53,200 nucleotides of DNA from an uncultured Eubacteriales bacterium. Lineage in GTDB: Bacteria > Bacillota > Clostridia > Oscillospirales > Acutalibacteraceae. The position numbers and the translations under genes are program-made. The notes beneath the pieces are model-generated. The model was given only the letters and a program-made list of their open reading frames with translations. It had not been told where the DNA came from and made no database searches. Below are positions 1-9,756 of the stretch, piece after piece. Every line of letters begins with the position of its first letter. Within the stretch, counting starts at the first letter, position 1. Location: assembly GCA_900316495.1 (NCBI GenBank), contig ONDC01000020.1, forward strand, positions 1 through 53,200, written 5' to 3'.

Positions 1-451
1 TTACATGAAGCCCGGCAATGACACATGGATGCTGTGGAGGGGACGGGAATCCCCGGACGTTTCCTTTGTGGCAGGAAAGGGCTGGAACGGGACGAGGTTT
101 CGCTGTGAAATTATCGGAACGGACGGCGGGAGCTTCCATTCTCTTCCGTTTACCTTATCCGTGCTGACAGGGCTGACGATCATTTCACAGCCTGCGGACA
201 AAAGCCTTCATCCCGAAGAAAATGTGATCTTTGAGGTAAAGGCGATTGGGGAAGGGACGCTGCGGTACCAATGGTATTACCGCAAGGCGGGCGACGAGGA
301 TTGGAACATCTGGAAAAGGCACGAAACGTCCGTCACTTCTGCAACCGCGAATGATTCATGGCAGGGAATGCAGTTGAAATGCGTGATTACCGACGGATCC
401 GGTGCAACCGTCGAAACAAGAATTGTCAGCATCAGCATATACGATAATTAA
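1..451 (+). CDS. Secreted Ig-like repeat protein, C-terminal fragment (5' end outside window)
   Basis: Frame is open from the window edge (phase of ORF 5..451) to the stop at 449-451. It carries a module ISQPADKSLHPEENVIFEVKAIGEGTLRYQWYYRKAGDEDWNIWK...QLKCVITDGSG that recurs twice in the 16417-17892 protein. Beta-rich Ig-like signature. Confidence 0.6.
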   Translation, partial: YMKPGNDTWMLWRGRESPDVSFVAGKGWNGTRFRCEIIGTDGGSFHSLPFTLSVLTGLTIISQPADKSLHPEENVIFEVKAIGEGTLRYQWYYRKAGDEDWNIWKRHETSVTSATANDSWQGMQLKCVITDGSGATVETRIVSISIYDN

Positions 452-468
452 ATGGAGGCAGTATCACA

Positions 469-1209
469 ATGAATATTGGCGTTATTTTTGCGGGCGGGGT
501 GGGCAGCCGTATGCACAGCAAGGACGTGCCCAAGCAATTTCTGGAAATACACAACAAGCCGATCATCATTCACACGCTGGAATACTTCGAGCGCAACGAT
601 GAGATAGACGCCGTTGTCATTTCATGCGTGGGCGACTGGATTCCCCATCTGGAAAAGCTGCTCTATCAGTATCGGATAGAAAAGGTCAAGCGGGTTGTCA
701 GGGGCGGCGCGACAGGACAGCTTTCCATCTACAACGGCCTTACGGCGGCAAAAGAGGTGGCGGCGGGTCGGAAGGCGATCGTCCTGATCCACGACGGCGT
801 GCGCCCGCTGATTAACGAACAGCTGCTTTCTGACAATATCGAGAGCGTGAAGAGGTACGGCTCGGCGATTACCTCCGCGGTTGTCAAGGAGACGATCGTC
901 GTGATAGACGAGGACGGTATGGTCGAGCAGGTGCCCTCCAGAGCCAAGTCGAGAGTCGCCAAGGCGCCTCAGAGCTTCTGGTTGGACGATATTCTTGCCG
1001 TTCATGAGAAGGCGCTGAGCGAAGGCAATGACAATTCGATCGATTCCTGCACTTTAATGCAATCCTACGGCTACAAGCTGCACATGGTAGACGGCCCCTA
1101 TGAAAACATCAAGATCACCACGCCCGACGATTTTTACACCATGCGCGCGATTCTGGATGCCCGTGAGAATGAACAGATCTATGGGCTGAGCGGCAACGGT
1201 AAGGCGTGA
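469..1209 (+). CDS. IspD/TarI-family cytidylyltransferase (ribitol-5-phosphate cytidylyltransferase-like)
   Basis: 246-aa ORF with GGAGG about 10 nt upstream. N-terminal nucleotidyltransferase loop IFAGGVGSRM...PKQFL. Collinear, as far as I recall, with Bacillus TarI. Sits in a polysaccharide locus. Confidence 0.8.
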   Translation: MNIGVIFAGGVGSRMHSKDVPKQFLEIHNKPIIIHTLEYFERNDEIDAVVISCVGDWIPHLEKLLYQYRIEKVKRVVRGGATGQLSIYNGLTAAKEVAAGRKAIVLIHDGVRPLINEQLLSDNIESVKRYGSAITSAVVKETIVVIDEDGMVEQVPSRAKSRVAKAPQSFWLDDILAVHEKALSEGNDNSIDSCTLMQSYGYKLHMVDGPYENIKITTPDDFYTMRAILDARENEQIYGLSGNGKA

Positions 1210-1262
1210 GATACCTGCTGGCTTCGGTTTTTGCAATTTATTAGAATGTCAGGAAGTTTTGA

Positions 1263-2675
1263 ATGAAGAAACAGAAATCAATCAAAAAGAATTTTATTTA
1301 CAACACGTTTCTGACGATGACGAATTTTATATTCCCGCTCATAACCTTCCCTTATGTGTCGAGAATACTGATGCCGTCGGGAACCGGCAGGGTTTCGTTT
1401 GCTCTGTCGCTGATCTCCTACTTTACCATGCTGTCGCAGTTAGGTATGCCGACTTATGGTATCCGCACCTGCTCCAAGGTGCGGAACGACCGGGAAAAGC
1501 TGACCCGCACCGTTCATGAGCTTCTCTGCATTAATCTGATCATGTGCGTGGTGTCCTATATCCTGCTGGCGCTGGCGCTGATCTTTGTGCCTGCACTGAA
1601 GGAGGACAGACAGCTCTACATCATTGTCAGCTTCACTATCCTTCTGACCTCCATCGGAATGGAGTGGCTTTACAAGGCGCTTGAACAGTACCGCTACATC
1701 GCGCTTCGCTCCATTGCGTTCAAATTTATTGCGCTCGGGGCAATGTTCCTGCTCGTACATGATCAGTCGGATTATATCATTTATGGCTTCATCGCGATTT
1801 TTGCGGCGTCGGCGTCCAATATCTTCAATTTCATCAATGTGCGCAAATATATCGACCTGAAGCCTGTGGGTGGCTATCACATCAGACGTCATTTGAAGCC
1901 GTTGGCTGTTTTCTTCGCGATGGCGTGCGCCACTACCATCTACACCCATATGGATACGTTGATGCTCGGCTTTATGCTGACAAAAAAGGACGTCGGCTAT
2001 TACAATGCCGCCGTGAGGATCAAGAGCCTGCTTCTGAGCATTGTCACCTCGCTCGGCGCGGTGCTGCTGCCGAGATCGTCCTTCCTGATTCAGACAAGGC
2101 AGTGGGGCAAGTTCCGCAAGGTCAGCAAAAAGGCGCTGGACTTTGTGTTTATTCTATCCTCCGCCTTTATGCTGTATTTCATGCTTTACGCCAGATACGG
2201 CATTATGCTTCTTTCGGGAGGCTATTATGAGCCATCCATCATTCCCATGCAGATCATCATGCCCACGCTGCTCTTTATTGGCGTCACCAACATTACGGGT
2301 ATTCAGATCATGGTTCCTTTGGGAAGGGAAAAAACTGTTCTCTTCTCCGAAATAGTGGGATTGGTGGTCAATCTTATCATCAATACGCTTCTCATTCCTC
2401 AGATGAAATCCACCGGCGCTGCGATTGGCACCGTGGCGGCGGAATTTGCCGTGCTTGTCGTGCAGTATATGGTTATGAGAAAGGAAATGTCAAACGCGTT
2501 CCGGGCGGTTTCCTACTGGAAAATCGCACTTGGTCTGACCGCTGGAGCGCTCTGCTCCTTCTGGGTCATGTTCCTCCATCTCAGCAACTTCCTCACGCTG
2601 GCGTTGACCTCTTCTTTGATAGGCTCGGTACCATGCCCGGATTTGGAAAATATGTCAATACATCAGCAGCATTGA
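1263..2675 (+). CDS. Wzx-type oligosaccharide flippase (MOP/polysaccharide biosynthesis protein family)
   Basis: 470-aa polytopic membrane protein with about 12-14 hydrophobic segments. N-terminus KKNFIYNTFLTMTNFIFPLITFPYVSRIL is typical of the Wzx/RfbX family. Adjacent to a Wzy-like gene. Confidence 0.8.
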   Translation: MKKQKSIKKNFIYNTFLTMTNFIFPLITFPYVSRILMPSGTGRVSFALSLISYFTMLSQLGMPTYGIRTCSKVRNDREKLTRTVHELLCINLIMCVVSYILLALALIFVPALKEDRQLYIIVSFTILLTSIGMEWLYKALEQYRYIALRSIAFKFIALGAMFLLVHDQSDYIIYGFIAIFAASASNIFNFINVRKYIDLKPVGGYHIRRHLKPLAVFFAMACATTIYTHMDTLMLGFMLTKKDVGYYNAAVRIKSLLLSIVTSLGAVLLPRSSFLIQTRQWGKFRKVSKKALDFVFILSSAFMLYFMLYARYGIMLLSGGYYEPSIIPMQIIMPTLLFIGVTNITGIQIMVPLGREKTVLFSEIVGLVVNLIINTLLIPQMKSTGAAIGTVAAEFAVLVVQYMVMRKEMSNAFRAVSYWKIALGLTAGALCSFWVMFLHLSNFLTLALTSSLIGSVPCPDLENMSIHQQH

Positions 2676-2696
2676 AAAAACGGAAGGAGTGGTCTG

Positions 2697-3917
2697 ATGC
2701 AGGAAAAAAAGCTTGTAATTAATTTTTCTGTTCCGCTGGCAGCGGTTTATCTGCTTGCGGTCACGTTTGTATTTGAAATGCGCTCGGTCTGGACCGCTAT
2801 GCCAAAATACAGCAGGATCAATGACCTGTTGCTTCTTCTCCTGGTCGTCGCCACCGTGGCTTATGTTTTTTCCAGAAAGCAGTATACCGGGCATTTTCTG
2901 AACGGGATTATTACGACGGCGGCACTGTGCGCCTATCTGTATATTTACTACTTCTACGATGAGTACAAGGCGGATAGTTTCCCGAAGATGGTGCTGCGCT
3001 TCTGCACGGTTTGCCTGCTGTGCTTTGCCCTGCGGGAGGAGCACAAGCAAAAGCTGTTTGAACTGATGGAAAAAATCATTATCGTGATCGCGGTGGTATC
3101 TCTTGCGTTCTGGCTGGTGGGTTCACTTCTGGGTATCATTCAGCCCAGCGGCATCGAGTACACCATCTGGTCGTCGACCGACGGCTCCGAGGTGCCGATC
3201 AATAATTATTTCCACCTCTATTTTGAAACACAGTACCAGCGCTTTTTTGATACGATCATCATGCGCAACAGCGCTATTTTTACCGAGGCGCCCATGAGCA
3301 GCTTCATGTTCTGCTTTGCGTTTCTGGTGGAGCTTTTCAAGAAAAAGCAGTACAATGTCAAGATCTGCGTTCTGCTGCTCATCGCCATCGTAACGTGTAT
3401 TTCCACAACCGGTTATGTGGTCGCCATTATCGCCATTTTCATGAAATATGTCATATCCAATACCGGCAAGAATACGGTTGCCTCTGTGCTTAAGCTCGCC
3501 ATCGCGCCGTTTGTGCTGATCGTAATCGTTCTGGTCATGGAATATGTCTTTGAATCCAAGCTCCAGACGACCTCCGGTTCCCTGCGTATGGATGACTTTG
3601 TCGCAGGCTTCAAGGCATGGATGCTTCACCCGATCATGGGCAACGGCTATGGCAACAGCAATTCCTACGTCTATATGATGAGTACCTTCCGGATAGACAG
3701 GAAGGGCTTCTCCAATTCGCTGATGCAGATTCTCGCCTACGGCGGTCTTTATCTGCTGGCGCCCTATGCCGGCTCATTCGGTCTGGGAGCATACCGGTAT
3801 TTCAAAAAGGCGGACTGGAACAATCTTGTGTTTATCTGCCTGTTTTTGATCATGTTTATCTTCACGATCACATCCTTCCAGATGCTTCCGCTGTTCGTTT
3901 TCTTCTCCCTCCTCTGA
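2697..3917 (+). CDS. Wzy-like O-antigen polymerase/ligase-family membrane protein
   Basis: 406-aa multi-TM protein with a late extracytoplasmic loop (HPIMGNGYGNSNSY). Lies between the flippase and the acyltransferase. Its stop overlaps the next start (ATGA at 3915-3919). Confidence 0.6.
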   Translation: MQEKKLVINFSVPLAAVYLLAVTFVFEMRSVWTAMPKYSRINDLLLLLLVVATVAYVFSRKQYTGHFLNGIITTAALCAYLYIYYFYDEYKADSFPKMVLRFCTVCLLCFALREEHKQKLFELMEKIIIVIAVVSLAFWLVGSLLGIIQPSGIEYTIWSSTDGSEVPINNYFHLYFETQYQRFFDTIIMRNSAIFTEAPMSSFMFCFAFLVELFKKKQYNVKICVLLLIAIVTCISTTGYVVAIIAIFMKYVISNTGKNTVASVLKLAIAPFVLIVIVLVMEYVFESKLQTTSGSLRMDDFVAGFKAWMLHPIMGNGYGNSNSYVYMMSTFRIDRKGFSNSLMQILAYGGLYLLAPYAGSFGLGAYRYFKKADWNNLVFICLFLIMFIFTITSFQMLPLFVFFSLL

Positions 3918-4969
3918 TGCGTATGGAAAAAAAGGTTATCAGGGAATATGAGATGCTGAGAGTCATTCTCACGATGCTGGTCGTTCTCAGCCATTGTCAG
4001 TACTACAGGATCCTTACGCCCTACGGCGGCGTCGATTTTTTGCACCCCGGCAGCGGGGGACTGATGATGTTCCGTCTGCTGAATCTGGTCTGCAGAATGA
4101 TTTATTCCTTTCACATGGCGGCGTTTATTGCCCTGAGCGGCGCGCTGTTCCGCAGAAGCTGTGAACGCAGACCCGGAATGTCGTTTGAATCGCTGACGGT
4201 TTCCAAGGCGAAGCGTCTGCTGATTCCCTTTGTGACGGTCACTCTGTTTTACGTGTTTCCGCTCAAGCTGGCTGCGGGCTATTGGGCGCTTTCGCCCGAT
4301 CTGCTCAGGGATGTGTCGGTGGGACAGCTCCTGCTGCAGGGCAATACGCATTTGTGGTTCCTGCCGACGCTTTTCTTTGCTTTTATCGTGGTTTTTCTGC
4401 TGAGAAGACTGAGATTGCCGGAATGGGCGATTCTTGTCCTGCTGCTGGCGGCTCACGCTGTCAGCGGATGGATCCCGGTCAACGCGGTCAGCTATGTGTT
4501 TGAGTATACCGTGTGGTTCTACACCGGGTTTATGTTTGAAGCCTGCCGGGAGAGGGTCAATGCCTCCCCTCTGAAAAGAAATGCCGTCCTCGCCGCGTTG
4601 CTGTTTCTTGCCGTGTTTGCGGCGGACAGGCGCTTCGGCTCGAAGCTCCTGCACATTCCGGCGGGCATGCTGCTTTCCCTGCTCGGCATGTATTTGGTCT
4701 ATGCGCTGTCCTTCCGGCTTTCCGGAACGAAGCTCTGCGGAACGAGGCTTTACAAGGGATTGCTGAGAAATTCGTTCGGACTCTACCTGTATTCCGATCC
4801 GCTCAATTACATTGTGCTCAGAATCGGCGCGATGTGCTTCGGAAGCTGGGTCTTTACCACCGGCGCGGGCGTCGGCATGCTGTTCCTTCTTCGCTTTGCC
4901 GTGACGCTGGTCGGCGCTTACCGGGTGAGCGAACGGATCAGAAAGTTCAGAATCAAATATTTAGTCTGA
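3917..4969 (+). CDS. Acyltransferase family 3 (OafA/YrhL-like polysaccharide O-acyltransferase)
   Basis: I chose the ATG at 3917 (MRMEKKVIREYEMLRVILTMLVVLSHC...). The 3617 start in the ORF track would overlap the Wzy-like gene by 300 nt. About 10 TM segments, with the conserved early R..L...VV..H motif of acyltransferase_3. Confidence 0.75.
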   Translation: MRMEKKVIREYEMLRVILTMLVVLSHCQYYRILTPYGGVDFLHPGSGGLMMFRLLNLVCRMIYSFHMAAFIALSGALFRRSCERRPGMSFESLTVSKAKRLLIPFVTVTLFYVFPLKLAAGYWALSPDLLRDVSVGQLLLQGNTHLWFLPTLFFAFIVVFLLRRLRLPEWAILVLLLAAHAVSGWIPVNAVSYVFEYTVWFYTGFMFEACRERVNASPLKRNAVLAALLFLAVFAADRRFGSKLLHIPAGMLLSLLGMYLVYALSFRLSGTKLCGTRLYKGLLRNSFGLYLYSDPLNYIVLRIGAMCFGSWVFTTGAGVGMLFLLRFAVTLVGAYRVSERIRKFRIKYLV

Positions 4970-4991
4970 TATGAAACGGGGGATACTTAAA

Positions 4992-6104
4992 ATGTATGAT
5001 TATCTTGTCGTCGGCGCAGGGCTTTACGGCGCGGTCTTCGCCCATGAAGCCACGGCGCGCGGGAAGTCGGTGCTGGTCATTGACAAGCGCCCGCATGTCG
5101 CCGGCAACGTCTACACCGAGAACGTCGAGGGCATTAACGTGCATGTCTACGGCGCGCATATCTTCCACACCAACGACAAGCGCGTATGGAATTACATCAC
5201 GCAATTTGCCGAATTCAACCGCTTCACCAATTCTCCGGTGGCCAATTACAAGGGCGAGCTGTATTCGCTGCCCTTCAACATGTACACCTTCAACAGAATG
5301 TGGGGCGTGGTGACGCCGGAGGAGGCCGAGGCGAAGATCAACGAGCAGCGCGGCGAGATCACCGGCACGCCCCGCAACCTGGAGGAACAGGCCATTTCCC
5401 TTGTCGGACGCGATATTTTCGAGAAGCTCATCAAGGGCTATACCGAAAAGCAGTGGGGGAGAGACTGCCGCGAGCTGCCTGCCTTCATCATCAAGCGGCT
5501 GCCGGTCCGGCTGACCTTTGACAACAATTATTTCAACGCGCTCTATCAGGGAATTCCCGTCGGCGGCTATACAAGGATGGTGGAAAATCTCCTTGACGGC
5601 GTGGAGGTGCGGCTGAGCACCGATTATCTGGAGAACAAGGCGGAGCTTGACGCGTCGGCGAAGAAGGTGGTCTATACCGGTCCGATCGACGCGTACTTCG
5701 GCTACCGTCTGGGAACGCTGGAATACCGCAGCGTGCGGTTCGAGAACGAGCTGCTTGACATGCCGAACTTCCAGGGCAACGCGGCGGTCAATTACACCGA
5801 CCGCGAGACCCCGTGGACGAGAATCATCGAACACAAGTGGTTTGAATTCGGCAGGGACGCGGAGGGCAACGAACTTCCCAAAACCGTCATCAGCCGCGAA
5901 TACAGCTCCGAATGGAAGCCGGGCGACGAGCCGTATTATCCCGTCAACGACGAGAAGAACGGGCGGCTGTACGAGCAGTACCGGCAGCTTGCCGAAAAGG
6001 AGCGCAACGTCATCTTCGGCGGAAGGCTGGGGCAGTACAGGTATTTTGATATGGATCAGGTCATTGCCGAAGCGCTGCGTTGCTGCGACAGTGAACTGAA
6101 GTAA
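4992..6104 (+). CDS. glf: UDP-galactopyranose mutase
   Basis: MYDYLVVGAGLYGAVFAHE... (FAD Rossmann GxGxxG), HIFHTN, and a YYPVND...FGGRLGQYRYFDMD C-terminal signature of Glf. An alternative upstream ATG at 4971 adds 7 aa. Confidence 0.9.
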   Translation: MYDYLVVGAGLYGAVFAHEATARGKSVLVIDKRPHVAGNVYTENVEGINVHVYGAHIFHTNDKRVWNYITQFAEFNRFTNSPVANYKGELYSLPFNMYTFNRMWGVVTPEEAEAKINEQRGEITGTPRNLEEQAISLVGRDIFEKLIKGYTEKQWGRDCRELPAFIIKRLPVRLTFDNNYFNALYQGIPVGGYTRMVENLLDGVEVRLSTDYLENKAELDASAKKVVYTGPIDAYFGYRLGTLEYRSVRFENELLDMPNFQGNAAVNYTDRETPWTRIIEHKWFEFGRDAEGNELPKTVISREYSSEWKPGDEPYYPVNDEKNGRLYEQYRQLAEKERNVIFGGRLGQYRYFDMDQVIAEALRCCDSELK

Positions 6105-6125
6105 CAAAAATCGGAGGAATGAACC

Positions 6126-7127
6126 ATGACAGACTTAAAGCAATTCGAGGGCGGCACCGTGCTTGTCACCGGTGCGGCGGGACTCATCGGACGCACGCTG
6201 ATCAAGCAGCTCTTCGACTGGAATGAGAACGCCGCGGAGAAGATCTCGGTGATCGGCATGGAATTCAGTGATGAGAGAGCCAAGGCGGTTCTTGGTGAAT
6301 TCGTGGAGAAGGGGCTCAGGCTGATCATCGCCGATGTGCGCGACGTCAAGCCGGAGAATATCGGTGTGGATTACATTATTCACGCCGCCAGCATGACGGC
6401 AAGCAAGGCGTTCATTGAAACCCCGGTCGAGACGACGATGATCTCCGTGGACGGCACCATCAAGATGCTGGAATTCGCCAAGGCCAATCAGGTCAAGGGC
6501 TTCGTGTACCTTTCCAGCATGGAGGTGTACGGCACGCCGGAGACCGACGAGAAGATCAACGAGGAGCATCCCACCAATCTCAACGCCATGGCGGTGCGCT
6601 CCTGCTATCCCGAAAGCAAGAGAATGTGCGAGAGCCTTTGCGCCTCCTACGCTTCGGAATATCATGTGCCGGCAAAGGTCGTCCGTCTGACTCAGACCTT
6701 CGGCCCAGGCGTCGCCTATCAGGACGGCAGAGTGTTTGCCGAATTCGCCCGCTGCGCCATCGAGGGGAGGAACATCATCCTTAATACCAAGGGCGAGACA
6801 AAGCGCAACTACCTCTACACCGAGGACGCTGCCAACGCGCTCTTCACCGTGCTTGCCAAGGGAACGCCCGGCGAGGCGTACAACGCCGCCAATGAGTCGA
6901 CCTACTGCTCGATTTACGAGATGGCGTGTCTTGTGGCGAAGGAATGTGCCGACGGGAAGATCGACGTGGAGATCAGAGAACGCGCCGACGCCGCCAAATT
7001 AGGCTATGCGCCCACGCTTCACATGAACCTTGACGCGTCGAAGCTCCGTTCCCTCGGCTGGGAGCCGCAGGTCGGACTGGTCGATATGTACCGGAATACC
7101 ATCCAGTCCATGATCGCCTCCAGGTAA
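6126..7127 (+). CDS. NAD-dependent epimerase/dehydratase (extended SDR family)
   Basis: VLVTGAAGLIGRTL Rossmann motif and a YPESK catalytic YxxxK. 333 aa. Last + strand gene of the glycan locus. Confidence 0.8.
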   Translation: MTDLKQFEGGTVLVTGAAGLIGRTLIKQLFDWNENAAEKISVIGMEFSDERAKAVLGEFVEKGLRLIIADVRDVKPENIGVDYIIHAASMTASKAFIETPVETTMISVDGTIKMLEFAKANQVKGFVYLSSMEVYGTPETDEKINEEHPTNLNAMAVRSCYPESKRMCESLCASYASEYHVPAKVVRLTQTFGPGVAYQDGRVFAEFARCAIEGRNIILNTKGETKRNYLYTEDAANALFTVLAKGTPGEAYNAANESTYCSIYEMACLVAKECADGKIDVEIRERADAAKLGYAPTLHMNLDASKLRSLGWEPQVGLVDMYRNTIQSMIASR

Positions 7128-7156
7128 TTGACTGACAAACGAAAAGGGAAAAAATT

Positions 7157-7206
7157 AAACACCGTTTTCCGCTCATTGGATTTGAGAAGAAAACGGTGTT
7201 TTTTTG
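7157..7206 (+). terminator. Rho-independent terminator after the SDR gene (usable from both directions)
   Basis: 13-bp perfect stem AAACACCGTTTTC (7157-7169) / GAAAACGGTGTTT (7189-7201), followed by a T-run to 7206. Lies between convergent genes. Confidence 0.75.
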
Positions 7207-7228
7207 TTATGAAAAATTCATGAGAAAA

Positions 7229-8329
7229 TCAGCCCGCGGAGATCATTTCCCGGATGACGGCAATTTCATCCGCCCCGCTGTCAAGCGCTAACTGCCCCAC
7301 GTCCAGAAAGGCGTAGCGCTCATCCACCATGACGATCTTCTGATAATCATTCACGAGGAAGGGAAGGAAGCTGTTGGCAAAGGAGTCCTTGCAGATCAGC
7401 AGGGTTTTCCCGCCCTTGACGGCGGGATTCTCCACGGTGAGGATGCCGTGATTGCCGCCCTCGAAGAAGTTGTATTTGTCCTTTGTCCCGAGGGCGGATG
7501 GGTCGTAGAGACTGATTTCTTTGCCGTCCGCCTCCACATGAAGCCCGTCGGGGATTCTGACCGCCTGCATTTTTTCGGGGCGTATCCGCTCCGACGGCAC
7601 CCGTGACCAGAGCGTCCCGCGAAAGCTGTCGGTGACGGTGTAAAGCTCCGGGGGCTGTGCGCCGGAGGCGCTTCCATGCGCCGCGCGCCATTCCGCATAG
7701 GCGGCGGCAGCCCCTGCCGCCGTCCAGTGATGGTCGGTGGCGTAGTAGTATTCCGGATGTCCGGAGAGAACGGGGCGAAGGTCGATCACGCGGCAGGTCT
7801 TCAGTTGGTTCCGAAGCGAGGAAAAGAGCGCCTCGTCATCATACATCGGCGCGCCTGCCGGCATGTATTCTCTCAGCGAAACGCCCGCCGAGGGGACGTA
7901 CATCACGTAGGTTCCGATGCCGGTCTCTTCGGCGATGCGGTTGACGCGGGCGGCGTAACGCACGCATTTCGCGCTGTCCACGTCGCCGGGAAGAATCTTT
8001 TGAAAGAGCCGTCCGCCGCTGCCGACATACGCATCTCCGATGCAGCCGGATCGCAGCGTCAGTCCGAGATCGACTTCGGCGCGTTTGAGTCCTTCCCGCA
8101 TGGGAAACTGGTCGGAGAGGTAGCTTTCAAGATCCTTCTGGAATCCGCCGTCCAGAACGTCGGTGCGAATATCCCTGCGGGCGGTCAGCACGCGGTTTTC
8201 GTTGACAGAGATGACGCTGTCCTTCTTTATCAGGATCGCAGAAAGGAGGATCAGCGGAAAGGCGATAAAGACGGCAATGACAAGCTGTGCCGCGTTAAGC
8301 TTGGAATAAAAACGGTTGAAAAATTTCAT
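7229..8329 (-). CDS. DHHW-motif protein (AlgJ/AlgX/DltD-like SGNH-fold O-acyl transfer partner)
   Basis: Start set at the ATG at 8329 (MKFFNRFYSKLNAAQLVIAVFIAFPLILL, signal anchor), 3 nt after the MBOAT stop. Contains YYATDHHWT. The 8581 start in the ORF track would overlap the MBOAT gene by 250 nt. Confidence 0.75.
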   Translation of the reverse strand: MKFFNRFYSKLNAAQLVIAVFIAFPLILLSAILIKKDSVISVNENRVLTARRDIRTDVLDGGFQKDLESYLSDQFPMREGLKRAEVDLGLTLRSGCIGDAYVGSGGRLFQKILPGDVDSAKCVRYAARVNRIAEETGIGTYVMYVPSAGVSLREYMPAGAPMYDDEALFSSLRNQLKTCRVIDLRPVLSGHPEYYYATDHHWTAAGAAAAYAEWRAAHGSASGAQPPELYTVTDSFRGTLWSRVPSERIRPEKMQAVRIPDGLHVEADGKEISLYDPSALGTKDKYNFFEGGNHGILTVENPAVKGGKTLLICKDSFANSFLPFLVNDYQKIVMVDERYAFLDVGQLALDSGADEIAVIREMISAG

Positions 8330-8331
8330 AA

Positions 8332-9738
8332 TCAAAACCTGAAATACAAGAAGGGATTGTAGGAGCTTCCGATGACCGCGAGCAGCGAGGTGAGATACAG
8401 CGCCGCGCCGACGGCGGTCTTGACGCCGAAGCGGAGAGGTTCGCTCCTGAGCGCGTTGACCTTCCGCGCGGCGTATTTCCTGATAAGGCTGACCGACAGC
8501 GCCGCGCCGATGAGCAGCAGGAAAAAGTTCTCCCGTAGATAATAGGAGGACGCCGCGTCCGCGTAGCCATGCGCGCCGCACATCGAGAGAATATATCTTC
8601 CCGCTGCGCCGACGTCGTCACAGGCGAAGATCACCCACGAGAACAGCACCGTGAGCAGGGTGTAGAGATGTCCCACCGCTGCGGGCGCCTTTTTCAGCAG
8701 GTCAAGGAGGAAGAGCTTCTCCGCCGCCAGCAGGACGAAGAAGTACAGCCCCCAGAGGACGAAGTTCCATCCCGCGCCGTGCCACAGTCCGGTGAGCGAC
8801 CACACGATCAGGAGGTTGAGCATCTGTCGGGGCAGTCCCTTGCGGTTGCCGCCGAGGGGAATGTAGAGGTATTCCCGGAACCATGAGCCGAGGGAGATGT
8901 GCCATCTGCGCCAGAATTCGGTCACGCTCTTTGATTCGTAGGGATAATTGAAATTCTCCAGAAAATCGAAGCCCAGCATTTTTCCTATGCCGATCGCCAT
9001 ATCGGAATAGCCGGAGAAGTCGAAATAAATCTGAAGCATATAGGCAACCGCGCCGATGAGGGCGGTGACGGCGGCATTCTCCGGCTGCGCGGAGATCTCG
9101 TCCCAGACCGCGCCGAAGGAGTTCGCCAGAAGCACCTTCTTGCCGAGTCCCTGCGCAAAGCGCAGAATCCCCGCGCAAATGCGCTTGCTGCCGAGCGTCC
9201 GGTGGCTGATCTGCCGTTCGACGTCGCGGTACTTGACAATCGGTCCCGCGATAAGCTGTGGGAACATGCAGACGTACATGCCGAAATTCAGTATGTTGTG
9301 CTGCGCCGGGATCTCCCGGCGGTAGACGTCAATCGTATAGGAGAGCGTCTGGAATGTGTAGAAGGAAATGCCGATCGGCAGAGCGATGCCGGGCAGGTCG
9401 AACGCCTGCCCCGTGAGGGCGTTGACGCTGCTTATCAGAAAATCGGTATACTTGAAAAAGCCAAGTATACCGAGATTCCCTATCAGTGAGAGCAGCAGCA
9501 CCCATTTGCGCTTTTCCGGGCGTCCCCGCCGGTCGAGCGTTTCCAGCATGCGTCCGTTGCAGTAGTCGAATACCGTTGAGAACAGCATGATCAGGATGTA
9601 GACCGGTTCTCCCCACGCGTAGAAGAGCAGACTTGCCACGAGCAGCAGGGGATTCCTTACCCTTTCCGGAAGCGCGTAATACAGAAGCAGCACCGTTGGC
9701 AGGAAGACCAGCAGAAATACTGCGCTGCTGAATACCAT
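8332..9738 (-). CDS. MBOAT-family membrane O-acyltransferase (AlgI/DltB/PatA-like)
   Basis: 468 aa. N-terminus MVFSSAVFLLVFLPTVLLLYY, polytopic, with the conserved WRRWHISLGSWFREYLYIPLGGNR histidine motif of MBOAT enzymes. Confidence 0.9.
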   Translation of the reverse strand: MVFSSAVFLLVFLPTVLLLYYALPERVRNPLLLVASLLFYAWGEPVYILIMLFSTVFDYCNGRMLETLDRRGRPEKRKWVLLLSLIGNLGILGFFKYTDFLISSVNALTGQAFDLPGIALPIGISFYTFQTLSYTIDVYRREIPAQHNILNFGMYVCMFPQLIAGPIVKYRDVERQISHRTLGSKRICAGILRFAQGLGKKVLLANSFGAVWDEISAQPENAAVTALIGAVAYMLQIYFDFSGYSDMAIGIGKMLGFDFLENFNYPYESKSVTEFWRRWHISLGSWFREYLYIPLGGNRKGLPRQMLNLLIVWSLTGLWHGAGWNFVLWGLYFFVLLAAEKLFLLDLLKKAPAAVGHLYTLLTVLFSWVIFACDDVGAAGRYILSMCGAHGYADAASSYYLRENFFLLLIGAALSVSLIRKYAARKVNALRSEPLRFGVKTAVGAALYLTSLLAVIGSSYNPFLYFRF

Positions 9739-9756
9739 TTCGCAGTCCCTCCCGTA

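Noticed and set aside
1259-1519. Alternative 86-aa ORF overlapping the start of the flippase gene. Similar small internal ORFs are listed throughout the track.
   Set aside because: They are out-of-frame overlaps of genes with strong family signatures, and have no independent support.
3617-3916. N-terminal 100-codon extension of the acyltransferase ORF
   Set aside because: It would overlap the Wzy-like gene completely in another frame. The ATG at 3917 gives a typical acyltransferase_3 N-terminus and a classic ATGA stop/start overlap.
8330-8581. N-terminal 84-codon extension of the DHHW-protein ORF
   Set aside because: The extension is Arg/Gly-rich, overlaps the MBOAT 3' end, and precedes a perfectly good signal-anchor start (MKFFNRF...) located 3 nt after the MBOAT stop.
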